This document shows, one piece after another, positions 56,201-64,000 of a stretch of 64,000 nucleotides of DNA. The translations under genes and the position numbers were made by a program. The notes beneath the pieces are model-generated. The model did not search any database, was not told the DNA's origin, and worked only from the letters and a program-made list of their open reading frames with translations. Numbering within the stretch: the first letter of the stretch is position 1; each line of letters opens with the position of its first letter. Source of the DNA: an uncultured delta proteobacterium. Lineage in GTDB: Bacteria > Desulfobacterota > BSN033 > UBA1163. The stretch lies in assembly GCA_963827685.1 (NCBI GenBank), contig CAWHBU010000005.1:288001-352000 (forward strand). The letters run 5' to 3'.

Positions 56201-57022
56201 TTAATCTTCCAGGATTGCTTTCACGATCAGGTCTTTTGCCCGCTTCACATCATCCTGAGAGACATATTCCATCAGCCCCTTCATATTCTGCCCGATATCT
56301 TCGTGAAGAGCTTTCTTTTTCATGCCGATGTCTCTCGCCAGGACGATACTCTTCGTCACCTTAAATCCGGCTTCCTCCGTTATCTTCCGGCTACATTCAA
56401 AAGGACAGCCATCCACGGTCACGACCTTTTTGGCTGCCTTCGTTTTTCCCATAACAGGAGGAATCCTCTCCGGTAATGCTCCCAGGCATCCAATTGCCAC
56501 CTTCTCCAGCCCCAGTTCTTTCACTGCTTCGAGGCTGGCTAAGGCACTGGTAATGCCAGTATTGGACAAACCTCCAAAACAGGAAAAGATGATGTTCTCA
56601 TGGGTCTTCATTCCTTCCTGCCAATGTTTTTGTTCTTCTGCCATCTTCGTTTCTCCTTTCCCTCTGTTTTTCCCTTCCAATAGTTCTTTCACCGCCTTCT
56701 TCAATAGCGAAAGGTCGGAAGATTTCAGTATGAAGGCACCTGCCGGTGATGTTGTAGATTGATTCCTGTATTCGGGATAGGCGGTATGGAGGATAACTGG
56801 GGTTTTCTTATATCGACTCGCAATCTTTCGCAAGGTTTCAATACCGTCCATCTCCGGCATACGAATATCCAATATAATCAGGTCAAACAGGGCCCTTTCC
56901 AGGCACTTCAAAGCCTCTCTCCCACTCTTTGCCAAGACAACCTCATGACCTTCCTCTTGAAGTTCTTCCTGATAGAGGAACCGCTGGGACTCATCGTCTT
57001 CTACGATCAGGATCTTAGCCAT
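56201..57022 (-). CDS. Response-regulator receiver in frame with a DGC-domain putative zinc-binding protein (the DGC part has its own RBS/ATG at 56644)
   Basis: ILIVEDD and LDIRMPEMDG; then FSC.G.SN.G...C...VDGCPFEC. Confidence 0.75.
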   Translation of the reverse strand: MAKILIVEDDESQRFLYQEELQEEGHEVVLAKSGREALKCLERALFDLIILDIRMPEMDGIETLRKIASRYKKTPVILHTAYPEYRNQSTTSPAGAFILKSSDLSLLKKAVKELLEGKNRGKGETKMAEEQKHWQEGMKTHENIIFSCFGGLSNTGITSALASLEAVKELGLEKVAIGCLGALPERIPPVMGKTKAAKKVVTVDGCPFECSRKITEEAGFKVTKSIVLARDIGMKKKALHEDIGQNMKGLMEYVSQDDVKRAKDLIVKAILED

Positions 57023-57035
57023 AAAGAATTCAGCT

Positions 57036-57272
57036 CTATCGTGTCAAGATAAACTTCTTAATCTCATCCAACGGAGGGAGAGGAAGTCCACTGTGAGCCA
57101 TCTTGCCTTCGATCAACAAAATGGGTGGATCCCCTCTGTATTTTGATATTTCTTTATCCTCCACTATCTTCACTATCTTTGCTTCACGTCCCGTCTCTTT
57201 TAGGGCTTGGGCAACTAAAATCTCAAGTTTAAGGCAATTAACGCAGGCAGGTCCTAAGATCTTGATATCCAT
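57036..57272 (-). CDS. Small thioredoxin-family protein (MTH895-like)
   Basis: MDIKILGPACVNC and P.LLIEG. Confidence 0.8.
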   Translation of the reverse strand: MDIKILGPACVNCLKLEILVAQALKETGREAKIVKIVEDKEISKYRGDPPILLIEGKMAHSGLPLPPLDEIKKFILTR

Positions 57273-57329
57273 AATGCACCTCCCATTTCAAATGCTTTCA
57301 GCATTCTCCTTATTTGAACTTTTTCTCCG

Positions 57330-57645
57330 TTCCGGGCATTTCTATGTTTAGCTATAGTTTCAGTTCTTCCGTCACCATCCTGACCTCATTTTAATCTTCC
57401 AGCTTCGTCAACCCAATCTGTCGGGGCCGAAAGGTGATGAGTCGTCCTCCTTTTTTTGCGGTCGGGGTTTTTTCTTCTTCGAAATACTGGAGTCCCTTGA
57501 GGGCCGTATTGAGATAGGGGAGCATATCGCTAATATCCGCAGAAAGATCAGCCATCGCATTTACCTTCTGGGATGAAAGATTACAATCTGAGAGAACGAT
57601 CCTTAATTGATAGTCTTTCATGAACATGTTTCCTATTTTTTTCAA
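57330..57645 (-). pseudogene. Degenerate paralog of the adjacent Fe-S-binding protein, with a nonsense codon at 57391-57393
   Basis: LPYLNTAL...TKLED*NE aligns with the paralog's AKIEDENE (GAA to TAA). Confidence 0.65.
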
Positions 57646-58196
57646 CTCCCGGGAGACACCGAAGGGACATCATATCCGGCCACATGGAGAAGTTCAAGCA
57701 GGACGTTACGTTTCTCCTGATATTCTTCTGAAAAGAGAGGGATGCATTTCTCAATGTTAATCTCCTGGCCTACTAATTTAACAGCGAAGGCGAGACAGGT
57801 CAGCTCATCACATTTTCTGCAATTTGTCCCGGGGAGGAGTCTGAAAATATCCAGGGCCTTGAGCTCCGCCCCTTTCGAATAGTTGGGCTCGATCTGGTCT
57901 CTTTTTTCATAAGTTTCATTGATGAGATCTCTCAACCACCTCAGAATTTCTTCAGCCTCATTTTCATCTTCGATTTTGGCTAAGGTAATATGGCGGGCAT
58001 GCAGGGTAAACAATTGTCCGTCCTTTTTGATGGTTAATGTCAACGCTGGGTGATTATAGATACATCCTTTGAGGGTGGCATTCAGATAAGGGAAGGCCTC
58101 ATAAATCTCACCCGATACCTCTGCGATCACCCGGATCTTCTCCGGGTCGGCCAGACAAGGAAGGGTGCGTGTGATTTTGTATGAGTTAAGTAACAT
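57642..58196 (-). CDS. Fe-S-binding protein with a C-terminal FeS (CxxCxxxxC...C) domain
   Basis: PCLADP, FPYLNA and LPGTNCRKCDELTCLAFA...C motifs. Confidence 0.8.
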   Translation of the reverse strand: MLLNSYKITRTLPCLADPEKIRVIAEVSGEIYEAFPYLNATLKGCIYNHPALTLTIKKDGQLFTLHARHITLAKIEDENEAEEILRWLRDLINETYEKRDQIEPNYSKGAELKALDIFRLLPGTNCRKCDELTCLAFAVKLVGQEINIEKCIPLFSEEYQEKRNVLLELLHVAGYDVPSVSPGS

Positions 58197-58203
58197 GGTT
58201 TTC

Positions 58204-59760
58204 TCATAAGAAAAGGGTTATCAATATACCTGCCAGGGCAAAGAAGAACAGGGCGGTGAACAATTTGATGGTCGAAGTTCTCCTCTGGAGAAAGAAGGAT
58301 AATTGTTCCGAGGTTGTTCCCCAATAGACAATACCGAAAATGGCCACCAAGGGCAGGACATAAACGATATTGTATAGAATAAGGTAAAAAATAGCGCTGT
58401 CTCGAAGGGATGGGATATTGGTAACAAATAGGATGGTGGGGAAATAGACCTGACTTGTACAAGTGGATTGCAACAGGGTAACGATGAAACCAATCACCAT
58501 CGCAGCAAACAAAAAGCGAGTGGATTTGCCTTCTTTGTTCGCCTCCAATTCTCCCTCTCTTGTCCGGATAATACGGTGAATCCTCTTCTTTAAAGAATCC
58601 GGCACCTGGAGTGTCATCCTGGAGGGTCGGCCTCTCTTGAGTTGGACATAATCGTAGAGGCTGAAGATCCCAAGGAATACGGAAAAAACAAAAGTGATTA
58701 AATAGACGATTCGGGAGAAGAGGGGTAGAAATGAAAGATGCTGAACGAAACCAAGAATTCCAAGGCCAAGCAATAAATGGGTGACAAAGCCCGCCCCGGT
58801 AAAACCCATTCCTACCCAGAAGATCTCTTTTCGTGTCCGGCCTACCATGGTGAGATAGGAGATAAAAAAGACGAGCGTAGCCAAAGCACAAGGATTCAAC
58901 CCTTCGATCAAACCTGCGAGGAGGATGGCCAGGATTCCAAAGGATTTGAACCGCTCTATAATCGATGCATCTGCTTTTTTGATTTCATCAGGTGTTAGGG
59001 ATAGCGATGGTGAAATGGATTTCCGGTCACCAACACGGACGCCTTCGCTATACTTTTGGATCAGCGCTTCGAGCCTGGATTCCGTGACCTCGTCTGGAGA
59101 AAGGTAGTCGTTTCCAATAAAGATACTTGGGGCGATCAAACGTTTTTCCGAAGGGAGATTGAGACGGTTCGACAGAGTTTCGTTCAATCGTTTTCCGTCA
59201 GGGGTATTGAGGTCAATGTCCTTAATTTTTAAATGAGGATATTTTTTTAAAAAATATTTCAACAGATAATTTGCCCGATCACAATAGGAACACCCTTTTT
59301 GGTAAAAATAGGCAAGCTCTACCGAGGCCGTGCTGGTGATCGGTGTTGGTGAATGGCGAATGTCTGAAATCTCAAGAGGAGGCAGAGGAGGGATAAGATC
59401 CCCCTTCATCTGGTATTCGAGAATCAGGGGATCCAATCTTTCCACAACCTCCCGTTCTCCGGAGAGCATTTGATCTCCAATAAAGATGACCGGGAGTTCG
59501 TTCCCCCTGCGATTGAACTTTTTCTCGATCTTTGCAAGGGCTTCATAATAGGTCGGATTCGCCAAATCAAAGGTCTTGATTTCAAGAAAGGGGTAGATCG
59601 ATTTGAGGGTGGGGACATAGCTTTGAAGAATGGCCTGGCAGTTGGGGCAGTCATCCGCATAGAAGATGTACATTTGAATCGAAGTGGCTTGCTGCCCCTC
59701 TCCGGGGGCGGAAAAGGGAAGAAGCAAGATATAACATAGAGCGATCGTCCATTTTTTCAT
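58204..59760 (-). CDS. Two thioredoxin/glutaredoxin domains fused to a DsbD/CcdA-like membrane domain
   Basis: CPNC and CSYC; GLIEGLNPC and CTSQVY motifs. Confidence 0.8.
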   Translation of the reverse strand: MKKWTIALCYILLLPFSAPGEGQQATSIQMYIFYADDCPNCQAILQSYVPTLKSIYPFLEIKTFDLANPTYYEALAKIEKKFNRRGNELPVIFIGDQMLSGEREVVERLDPLILEYQMKGDLIPPLPPLEISDIRHSPTPITSTASVELAYFYQKGCSYCDRANYLLKYFLKKYPHLKIKDIDLNTPDGKRLNETLSNRLNLPSEKRLIAPSIFIGNDYLSPDEVTESRLEALIQKYSEGVRVGDRKSISPSLSLTPDEIKKADASIIERFKSFGILAILLAGLIEGLNPCALATLVFFISYLTMVGRTRKEIFWVGMGFTGAGFVTHLLLGLGILGFVQHLSFLPLFSRIVYLITFVFSVFLGIFSLYDYVQLKRGRPSRMTLQVPDSLKKRIHRIIRTREGELEANKEGKSTRFLFAAMVIGFIVTLLQSTCTSQVYFPTILFVTNIPSLRDSAIFYLILYNIVYVLPLVAIFGIVYWGTTSEQLSFFLQRRTSTIKLFTALFFFALAGILITLFL

Positions 59761-59773
59761 GAAGCCTCTTCTC

Positions 59774-60469
59774 CTATAGCGTGATTCCCAGGTAAATCAA
59801 GTAGATCCCGGCAAAGACGACGATCGACCCTCCGATGCGTTTGCCCCATGCGGTTACGTTGGAGATCCCTTTGGATTTAACGAAGTTTTCCACAAAGCCG
59901 GTTGCTGTCCCGGCTAAAAAGATCAGGGCACAGTGTCCGAGGGCGTAAATGAACAACAAGGAGGTCCCATAAACAACCTCTCCCTTTGTGGCAACAAAGG
60001 TCAGAATGAGCGCGAGGACGGGCGTCGCACAGGGAGAGGAGATGATGCCGAAGAAAAGACCAAGAAGGAAAGCCCCCAGGATTCCTCTCTTCTTTGGCTG
60101 AAGATGAACAGGAATGGGCAAATTCCACTCAAAGAGGCCGATCAGATGAAGACCGATGGCGGCAGCAATTCCTCCTACGACGAAGTACCAGGTCCGGCTG
60201 ATGATGCCAAACAGGCCCCCGATAACGGAAGCGATGGCTCCAAGAACAGTAAACGTGAGCGAAAGACCGAGGATAAACGTTAGAGAGTAAAGGACTGCCT
60301 TGCGACGGTCTCCCTCTGAATAACCTCCCACATATCCAATGACCAGAGGAATGGTGGCCAGAACACAAGGACTTGAAGAGGAAAGGATGCCCCCAAGGAA
60401 GACACCGAAATAGGCAAGAAATGGGTTTTCAGAAAGAGATTGTGAGAGATAATTGAGAAAAGTTTCCAT
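59774..60469 (-). CDS. ccdA: Cytochrome c biogenesis / disulfide transporter CcdA
   Basis: SSSPCVL and SPCATPVL motifs; six TMs. Confidence 0.88.
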   Translation of the reverse strand: METFLNYLSQSLSENPFLAYFGVFLGGILSSSSPCVLATIPLVIGYVGGYSEGDRRKAVLYSLTFILGLSLTFTVLGAIASVIGGLFGIISRTWYFVVGGIAAAIGLHLIGLFEWNLPIPVHLQPKKRGILGAFLLGLFFGIISSPCATPVLALILTFVATKGEVVYGTSLLFIYALGHCALIFLAGTATGFVENFVKSKGISNVTAWGKRIGGSIVVFAGIYLIYLGITL

Positions 60470-60472
60470 CGT

Positions 60473-60886
60473 CTATTTTATCCCCATCGTTTTGAATACG
60501 TTCTTGATCTGCTCCTTGTCCATAAATCCCACGTGCCGGTAAACTTCCTGATTCTTTGAATCGAAGAAGATCTGTGTCGGGATGAGCTGAATTCGATTCG
60601 CCCGGGTGAGTTCACGTTCATTGTAAATTTCTATTATCTTAATTACCACGCGCCCTTTGTATTCCTCTGATAGCTCTTGAAGAATAGGAGCCATTTTCTT
60701 ACAGGGGATGCACGTACCCGCTCCGAAGTCGAGGAGTTTGGGGAGGGTAATTTTGGCAATCTCTTTTGGAATCTTTCGATCCGTTGAAGATTGCGCTAAA
60801 CACGCTTGATGTGAGAATAAAAGTATGAAGAGGATCAATAATTTGATCAATGAAATGAAAAGGAAACTCCGCCTTTTTTTGCTCAT
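60473..60886 (-). CDS. Exported thioredoxin-family protein
   Basis: DFGAGTCIPC and IPTQIFFD...RHVGF. Confidence 0.85.
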   Translation of the reverse strand: MSKKRRSFLFISLIKLLILFILLFSHQACLAQSSTDRKIPKEIAKITLPKLLDFGAGTCIPCKKMAPILQELSEEYKGRVVIKIIEIYNERELTRANRIQLIPTQIFFDSKNQEVYRHVGFMDKEQIKNVFKTMGIK

Positions 60887-60889
60887 GAA

Positions 60890-61063
60890 TTATTTCTCCT
60901 CGAAAGCCCGGACCATATGGCCACGGCTCGCCTGGTCCAGTTGTGGCTTAAGACATTCCTTTAGAAACAAGAGAGCTTCCTCTTTATCTTGGTCGAGAAG
61001 GATTCTCGTTAGTCTCAGTGTCTCCTCTGGCGTCAGTTTCAGTAATATTGAATCGATCGTCAT
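60890..61063 (-). CDS. Small hypothetical protein (57 aa), Met-containing paralog of the adjacent candidate selenoprotein
   Basis: RBS AAGGAGG; MTIDSILLKLTPEETLRLTRILLDQDKEEALLFLKECLKPQLDQASRGHMVRAFEEK. Confidence 0.8.
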   Translation of the reverse strand: MTIDSILLKLTPEETLRLTRILLDQDKEEALLFLKECLKPQLDQASRGHMVRAFEEK

Positions 61064-61137
61064 TCTTTTACCTCCTTCACCCACTTCTCGATTACCAGTA
61101 GGAAGAGTTTCATTCCCCCCATTAATTTTAGACATAT

Positions 61138-61353
61138 TTATCCACTATTTTTACCAAAGGCATCTTTTTGAGAAGGCTTATACGAAGCCTCAAAGACCGG
61201 CACTCAATGATCCCGTGTCGCCTGCTCCAGTTGGGGTTTGAGGCACTCTTTAAGAAAAAGGAGCCCCTCCTCCCTGTCTTCATCCATGAGAATTCTTGTC
61301 AGTCTGAGGGTTTCCTCAGGACTAAGGCTTATGACAACGCTCTTGATCGTCAT
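61138..61353 (-). CDS. Candidate selenoprotein (71 aa, Sec50; not in the ORF track)
   Basis: ATGA overlap with the upstream stop; RBS GAGGAGG; MTIKSVVISLSPEETLRLTRILMDEDREEGLLFLKECLKPQLEQATRDH-U-VPVFEASYKPSQKDAFGKNSG; TGA at 61204-61206; SECIS-like hairpin follows. Confidence 0.75.
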
Positions 61354-61856
61354 CTCTGTTCCTCCTCAAGCCATTTCTTGATCATCGACTTCGAAGGCAC
61401 TCTTCCGGAAGATTTCACCTTCCCATTGATAATGAGTGCTGGGGTAGGAAGGATGCCATATTGAGCCATCAGACTTGGATCGGAGATGTGATTCAATCCC
61501 GTCTTGATTCCGGTTTCGGAAAGAACAGCCATGACATCCTGCTCCAGTTTGTTGCAGGAATAACAGCCCGGCCCGAGGATAGCCACTTCAAGGAACTCAC
61601 CTCTCTCTTCTTCCACTTTCTCTCCCAAAGACTTTTTGAATTCCCTAAAAAGTGCTTTGGCATATCCCTCCTTAACGGACTGCGGGATATAGTTTTTTTC
61701 CCCCACCATCTCGATCAGCCTCTGCTTCAAATCAGACTCACCCATTCCTCTTTGAGCCTTCAACTCCTCAAACATTCCCTTCAGTCCCATGAGACCGACC
61801 TGTGTGTTGCCAACAAGTACGAGACGATAGTCCTTTTCTTCCATAAATCTCTCCAA
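61350..61856 (-). CDS. NYIP-motif domain fused to an MTH895-like thioredoxin
   Basis: VGLMGL...NYIP...ALFREF, then LGPGCYSC...TPALIING. Confidence 0.82.
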   Translation of the reverse strand: MERFMEEKDYRLVLVGNTQVGLMGLKGMFEELKAQRGMGESDLKQRLIEMVGEKNYIPQSVKEGYAKALFREFKKSLGEKVEEERGEFLEVAILGPGCYSCNKLEQDVMAVLSETGIKTGLNHISDPSLMAQYGILPTPALIINGKVKSSGRVPSKSMIKKWLEEEQR

Positions 61857-61862
61857 ATGATA

Positions 61863-61961
61863 TTAGATTCCGCTTCTCTTGGAAAAACGAGAGGCCAAAT
61901 GATTGGTTACCTTTTTAACATCAGAAAGATTCAGGTTGAAATTACCATTTTTTTCAATCCC
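61863..61961 (-). pseudogene. Probable C-terminal remnant of the split DGC gene
   Basis: GIEKNGNFNLNLSDVKKV...* resembles a DGC tail (compare DIGMKK...DDVKRA in the 56201 paralog). Confidence 0.55.
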
Positions 61962-61962
61962 C

Positions 61963-62742
61963 TCATATAATCCCCAGGAGCTTCACCAGGAGCTGGCCCG
62001 CAAGGGCCCACATCAAAAGGCCGAGCCCGACCCTGATCATTTTAGTCTTGACTTTCATGCTGACTCTCGCCCCGAGATTTCCGCCGATTAGAACGGCAAC
62101 ACCAGTTATCAAAATCAATAGAATATCAAGACGGTGAGATGCCGCATGGCCTATTATCCCGGCGAGCGCCGAGAAGGATATAATCAAATGCGACGCCCCC
62201 GCTGCGAACTTCGTCGGGTACTTGCAGACATAAACCATGAAAGGAACGATGAGTATACCACCACCGACTCCTAACAAGCCGGAGATGACTCCCACGGCGA
62301 AGCCGAAAAACGCAATGAGGGCGTACATGCCAGTAGAAAAGTTTTTTGGGGGCTTTTCTTCAACCTTCCCCTTTTCCCAATAGGCATAGACCATCCTTGC
62401 TCCCACACCAACCAGGAAAAAAACGAACAACCATAATAAAATGGCAGTATTAACAAATTTGGCCAGCGCCCCTCCCATAAAGGCGCCGATGGAGATACCT
62501 GGTGCGAATATCAGGGACGTTTTGAAGTCAATCATCTTGTTACGGTAGAAAATATAACCTGCAGAAACCGAGGTTATCAGGTTCAACACCAGAGATGTGG
62601 AAGTCGAAAGCAATACCGGGTAAGCAAGAAGAATCAGCAGCGGGGAGTAGACCGACCCCCCGCCCTGGCCAAACATGGAGAATATAAAAGCTATCACAAA
62701 GACAAAGGTGACGGCTAACAGAAGCGTAAGATTAATTTCCAC
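61963..62742 (-). CDS. Sulfite exporter TauE/SafE family protein
   Basis: GQGGG and SGLLGVGGG repeats; about eight TMs. Confidence 0.9.
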   Translation of the reverse strand: MEINLTLLLAVTFVFVIAFIFSMFGQGGGSVYSPLLILLAYPVLLSTSTSLVLNLITSVSAGYIFYRNKMIDFKTSLIFAPGISIGAFMGGALAKFVNTAILLWLFVFFLVGVGARMVYAYWEKGKVEEKPPKNFSTGMYALIAFFGFAVGVISGLLGVGGGILIVPFMVYVCKYPTKFAAGASHLIISFSALAGIIGHAASHRLDILLILITGVAVLIGGNLGARVSMKVKTKMIRVGLGLLMWALAGQLLVKLLGII

Positions 62743-62773
62743 TGTTGGTCCTCCGTCGCATGACAAAGGTTAT

Positions 62774-62889
62774 AAGCCCCGCCTTGTATGCGGGGAACTT
62801 CATTTAGGTGGTCAAGAGGGTGTCTCCCTGCCGCGGGCGGGGTTTAATGCCCCGCCCGCGGAGCTGAGCATCCCAAGTAAGTGGGATGC
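62774..62889. repeat. Three-hairpin GC-rich intergenic element
   Basis: CCCCGC/GCGGGG, CCGCGGGCGGGG/CCCCGCCCGCGG and GCATCCCA/TGGGATGC stems. Confidence 0.65.
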
Positions 62890-62893
62890 AAAT

Positions 62894-63496
62894 TTACTTC
62901 ATGAAGCCGGAGCATGGTATGCATACTGGCTGTCCATCTTTCATATGCACATATCGCTCAAATACGTACTCACCGCAGATACTGCATTTGGCTTTGTTGA
63001 ACGAGCCTTTCACAGGAGTAAACTTAAACTCAGGCTTCGGCTCAATCTTGAACATGAAGTCATCTGATTGTTCATAAACCCAGTTGATAACCTCATCTCC
63101 TAACTTTTGAGGAATCTGAGATGGCTCAACCCCCTTTTTTCGATAGGCAAAGAACTCAAATTTACCAAAGCCATCGATAAATTCAGGGTTAAGTGAATAG
63201 CGCACGGCACCCTTCTTGGGATGAAAGAAGGTGGCAGCAAGCTTGCCATAGAAGGTCTTTGCTACCAAGACCTTGCCATAGGTCGCTCCGGTTGCTACCT
63301 GCATACCGTCAACCATACAGGCTTGCGGATGCCCCTCGCCAATTTCAGGAAACACAAAGAAGCCGTGGTCCTTCTCGCGCTCTACTTTAAGGTATTCCAT
63401 TGCAAGCTTGCCCATCCGATAGCCAACTGGCATGAAAGGACAGCGATGACCGTGGAACTCAAATGCCCAATCAGGTGGAACGTATGTTGTTGCCAT
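62894..63496 (-). CDS. FmdE family protein with a C-terminal zinc finger
   Basis: FHGHRCP..G.R, C.VDG.Q..TG.T.GK and CSICGE...CIPC motifs. Confidence 0.88.
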   Translation of the reverse strand: MATTYVPPDWAFEFHGHRCPFMPVGYRMGKLAMEYLKVEREKDHGFFVFPEIGEGHPQACMVDGMQVATGATYGKVLVAKTFYGKLAATFFHPKKGAVRYSLNPEFIDGFGKFEFFAYRKKGVEPSQIPQKLGDEVINWVYEQSDDFMFKIEPKPEFKFTPVKGSFNKAKCSICGEYVFERYVHMKDGQPVCIPCSGFMK

Positions 63497-63635
63497 ATCT
63501 TTTTGCCTCCTTTTTACTTTTAACAAAATGTCGCCTAACAATGGCCCCAATTAACTTACCCGCCTTCGCCAATTGAATCACTCCACTTACATGACTTCCA
63601 CAATACCCCTCCTTTCTTTCGTTTCTATTCTTCTT

Positions 63636-63815
63636 TTATAGGGATGCCATCATTCCGCTGATATGGCCTCCGATACCAGCCAAGCAGAAAAACTTGCCCA
63701 TTCTGTCTTGAGTCAATTTAACTCCTGCTTGATTAGCAATCTGCCCGACATTGGAGCCACCCGAACACGGAAAGATCAATATCTCCGTTGGTTCGCATAA
63801 ACATTTCTCTTCCAT
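63636..63815 (-). pseudogene. 5' half of a DGC-domain putative zinc-binding protein, truncated
   Basis: IFPCSGGSNVGQIANQA...CLAGIGG, then a stop before the DGC motif. Confidence 0.8.
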
Positions 63816-63832
63816 TTTCGTTCCCTCCTTCT

Positions 63833-64000
63833 TCATTGAATCCATCCTTTGATCTCTTCCACTTTTGGGACTTTTCCCGCCACTTTCACCACGCCGTCTA
63901 TCACCAGTGCAGGTGTGGACATCACCCCATAGCTCATGATTTTTTTTATGTCCTCGACCTTGGCGACTTCGGCCTCTTTACCACTCTGTCTCACTGCTTC
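63833..64000 (-). CDS. MTH895-like small thioredoxin (5'-partial), paralog of 49554-49784
   Basis: ...KVEDIKKIMSYGVMSTPALVIDGVVKVAGKVPKVEEIKGWIQ*. Confidence 0.88.
   Translation of the reverse strand, partial: EAVRQSGKEAEVAKVEDIKKIMSYGVMSTPALVIDGVVKVAGKVPKVEEIKGWIQ

Noticed and set aside
57391-57393. Recoded stop (Sec/Pyl) in the Fe-S protein paralog
   Set aside because: The codon is TAA and aligns with Glu in the paralog, so it is a nonsense mutation.
1-64000. tRNA/rRNA genes, including selC
   Set aside because: None recognised by eye; tRNAscan-SE/Infernal would be needed to exclude them.

Overview
A 64-kb stretch of bacterial chromosome, probably from an anaerobic Deltaproteobacteria/Desulfobacterota-type genome (inferred from gene content and intergenic palindromes). 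In order: a sugar-acid catabolic operon (Gfo/Idh/MocA, IolB-like, KdgK, Eda, LarA-family, Zn-ADH, D-2-hydroxyacid dehydrogenase); small genes including an unannotated LysW-like zinc ribbon and a cold-shock protein; nifU-nifS; an hgcC-like/arsM/methyltransferase unit; a three-gene radical SAM/SPASM locus with an unannotated 20-aa Cys-rich precursor peptide, followed by a circularly permuted ATP-grasp; an ABC/FtsX/lipocalin operon split by an integrase-less integron cassette array whose attC sites are hit at the same position by an IS1182 element and related MITEs; a Zn/Mn uptake operon; housekeeping genes; and a ~20-kb partly decayed arsenic/thiol-redox island (ArsR, Acr3, ArsC/permease remnants, several thioredoxin-fold proteins, CcdA, DGC, FmdE, TauE). 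The island contains two candidate selenoproteins missed by the ORF track: a 100-aa protein with a UxxU motif, and a 71-aa protein whose UGA aligns with Met50 of its tandem paralog. Both have SECIS-like hairpins. All family assignments come from motif recognition by eye, not from database searches.
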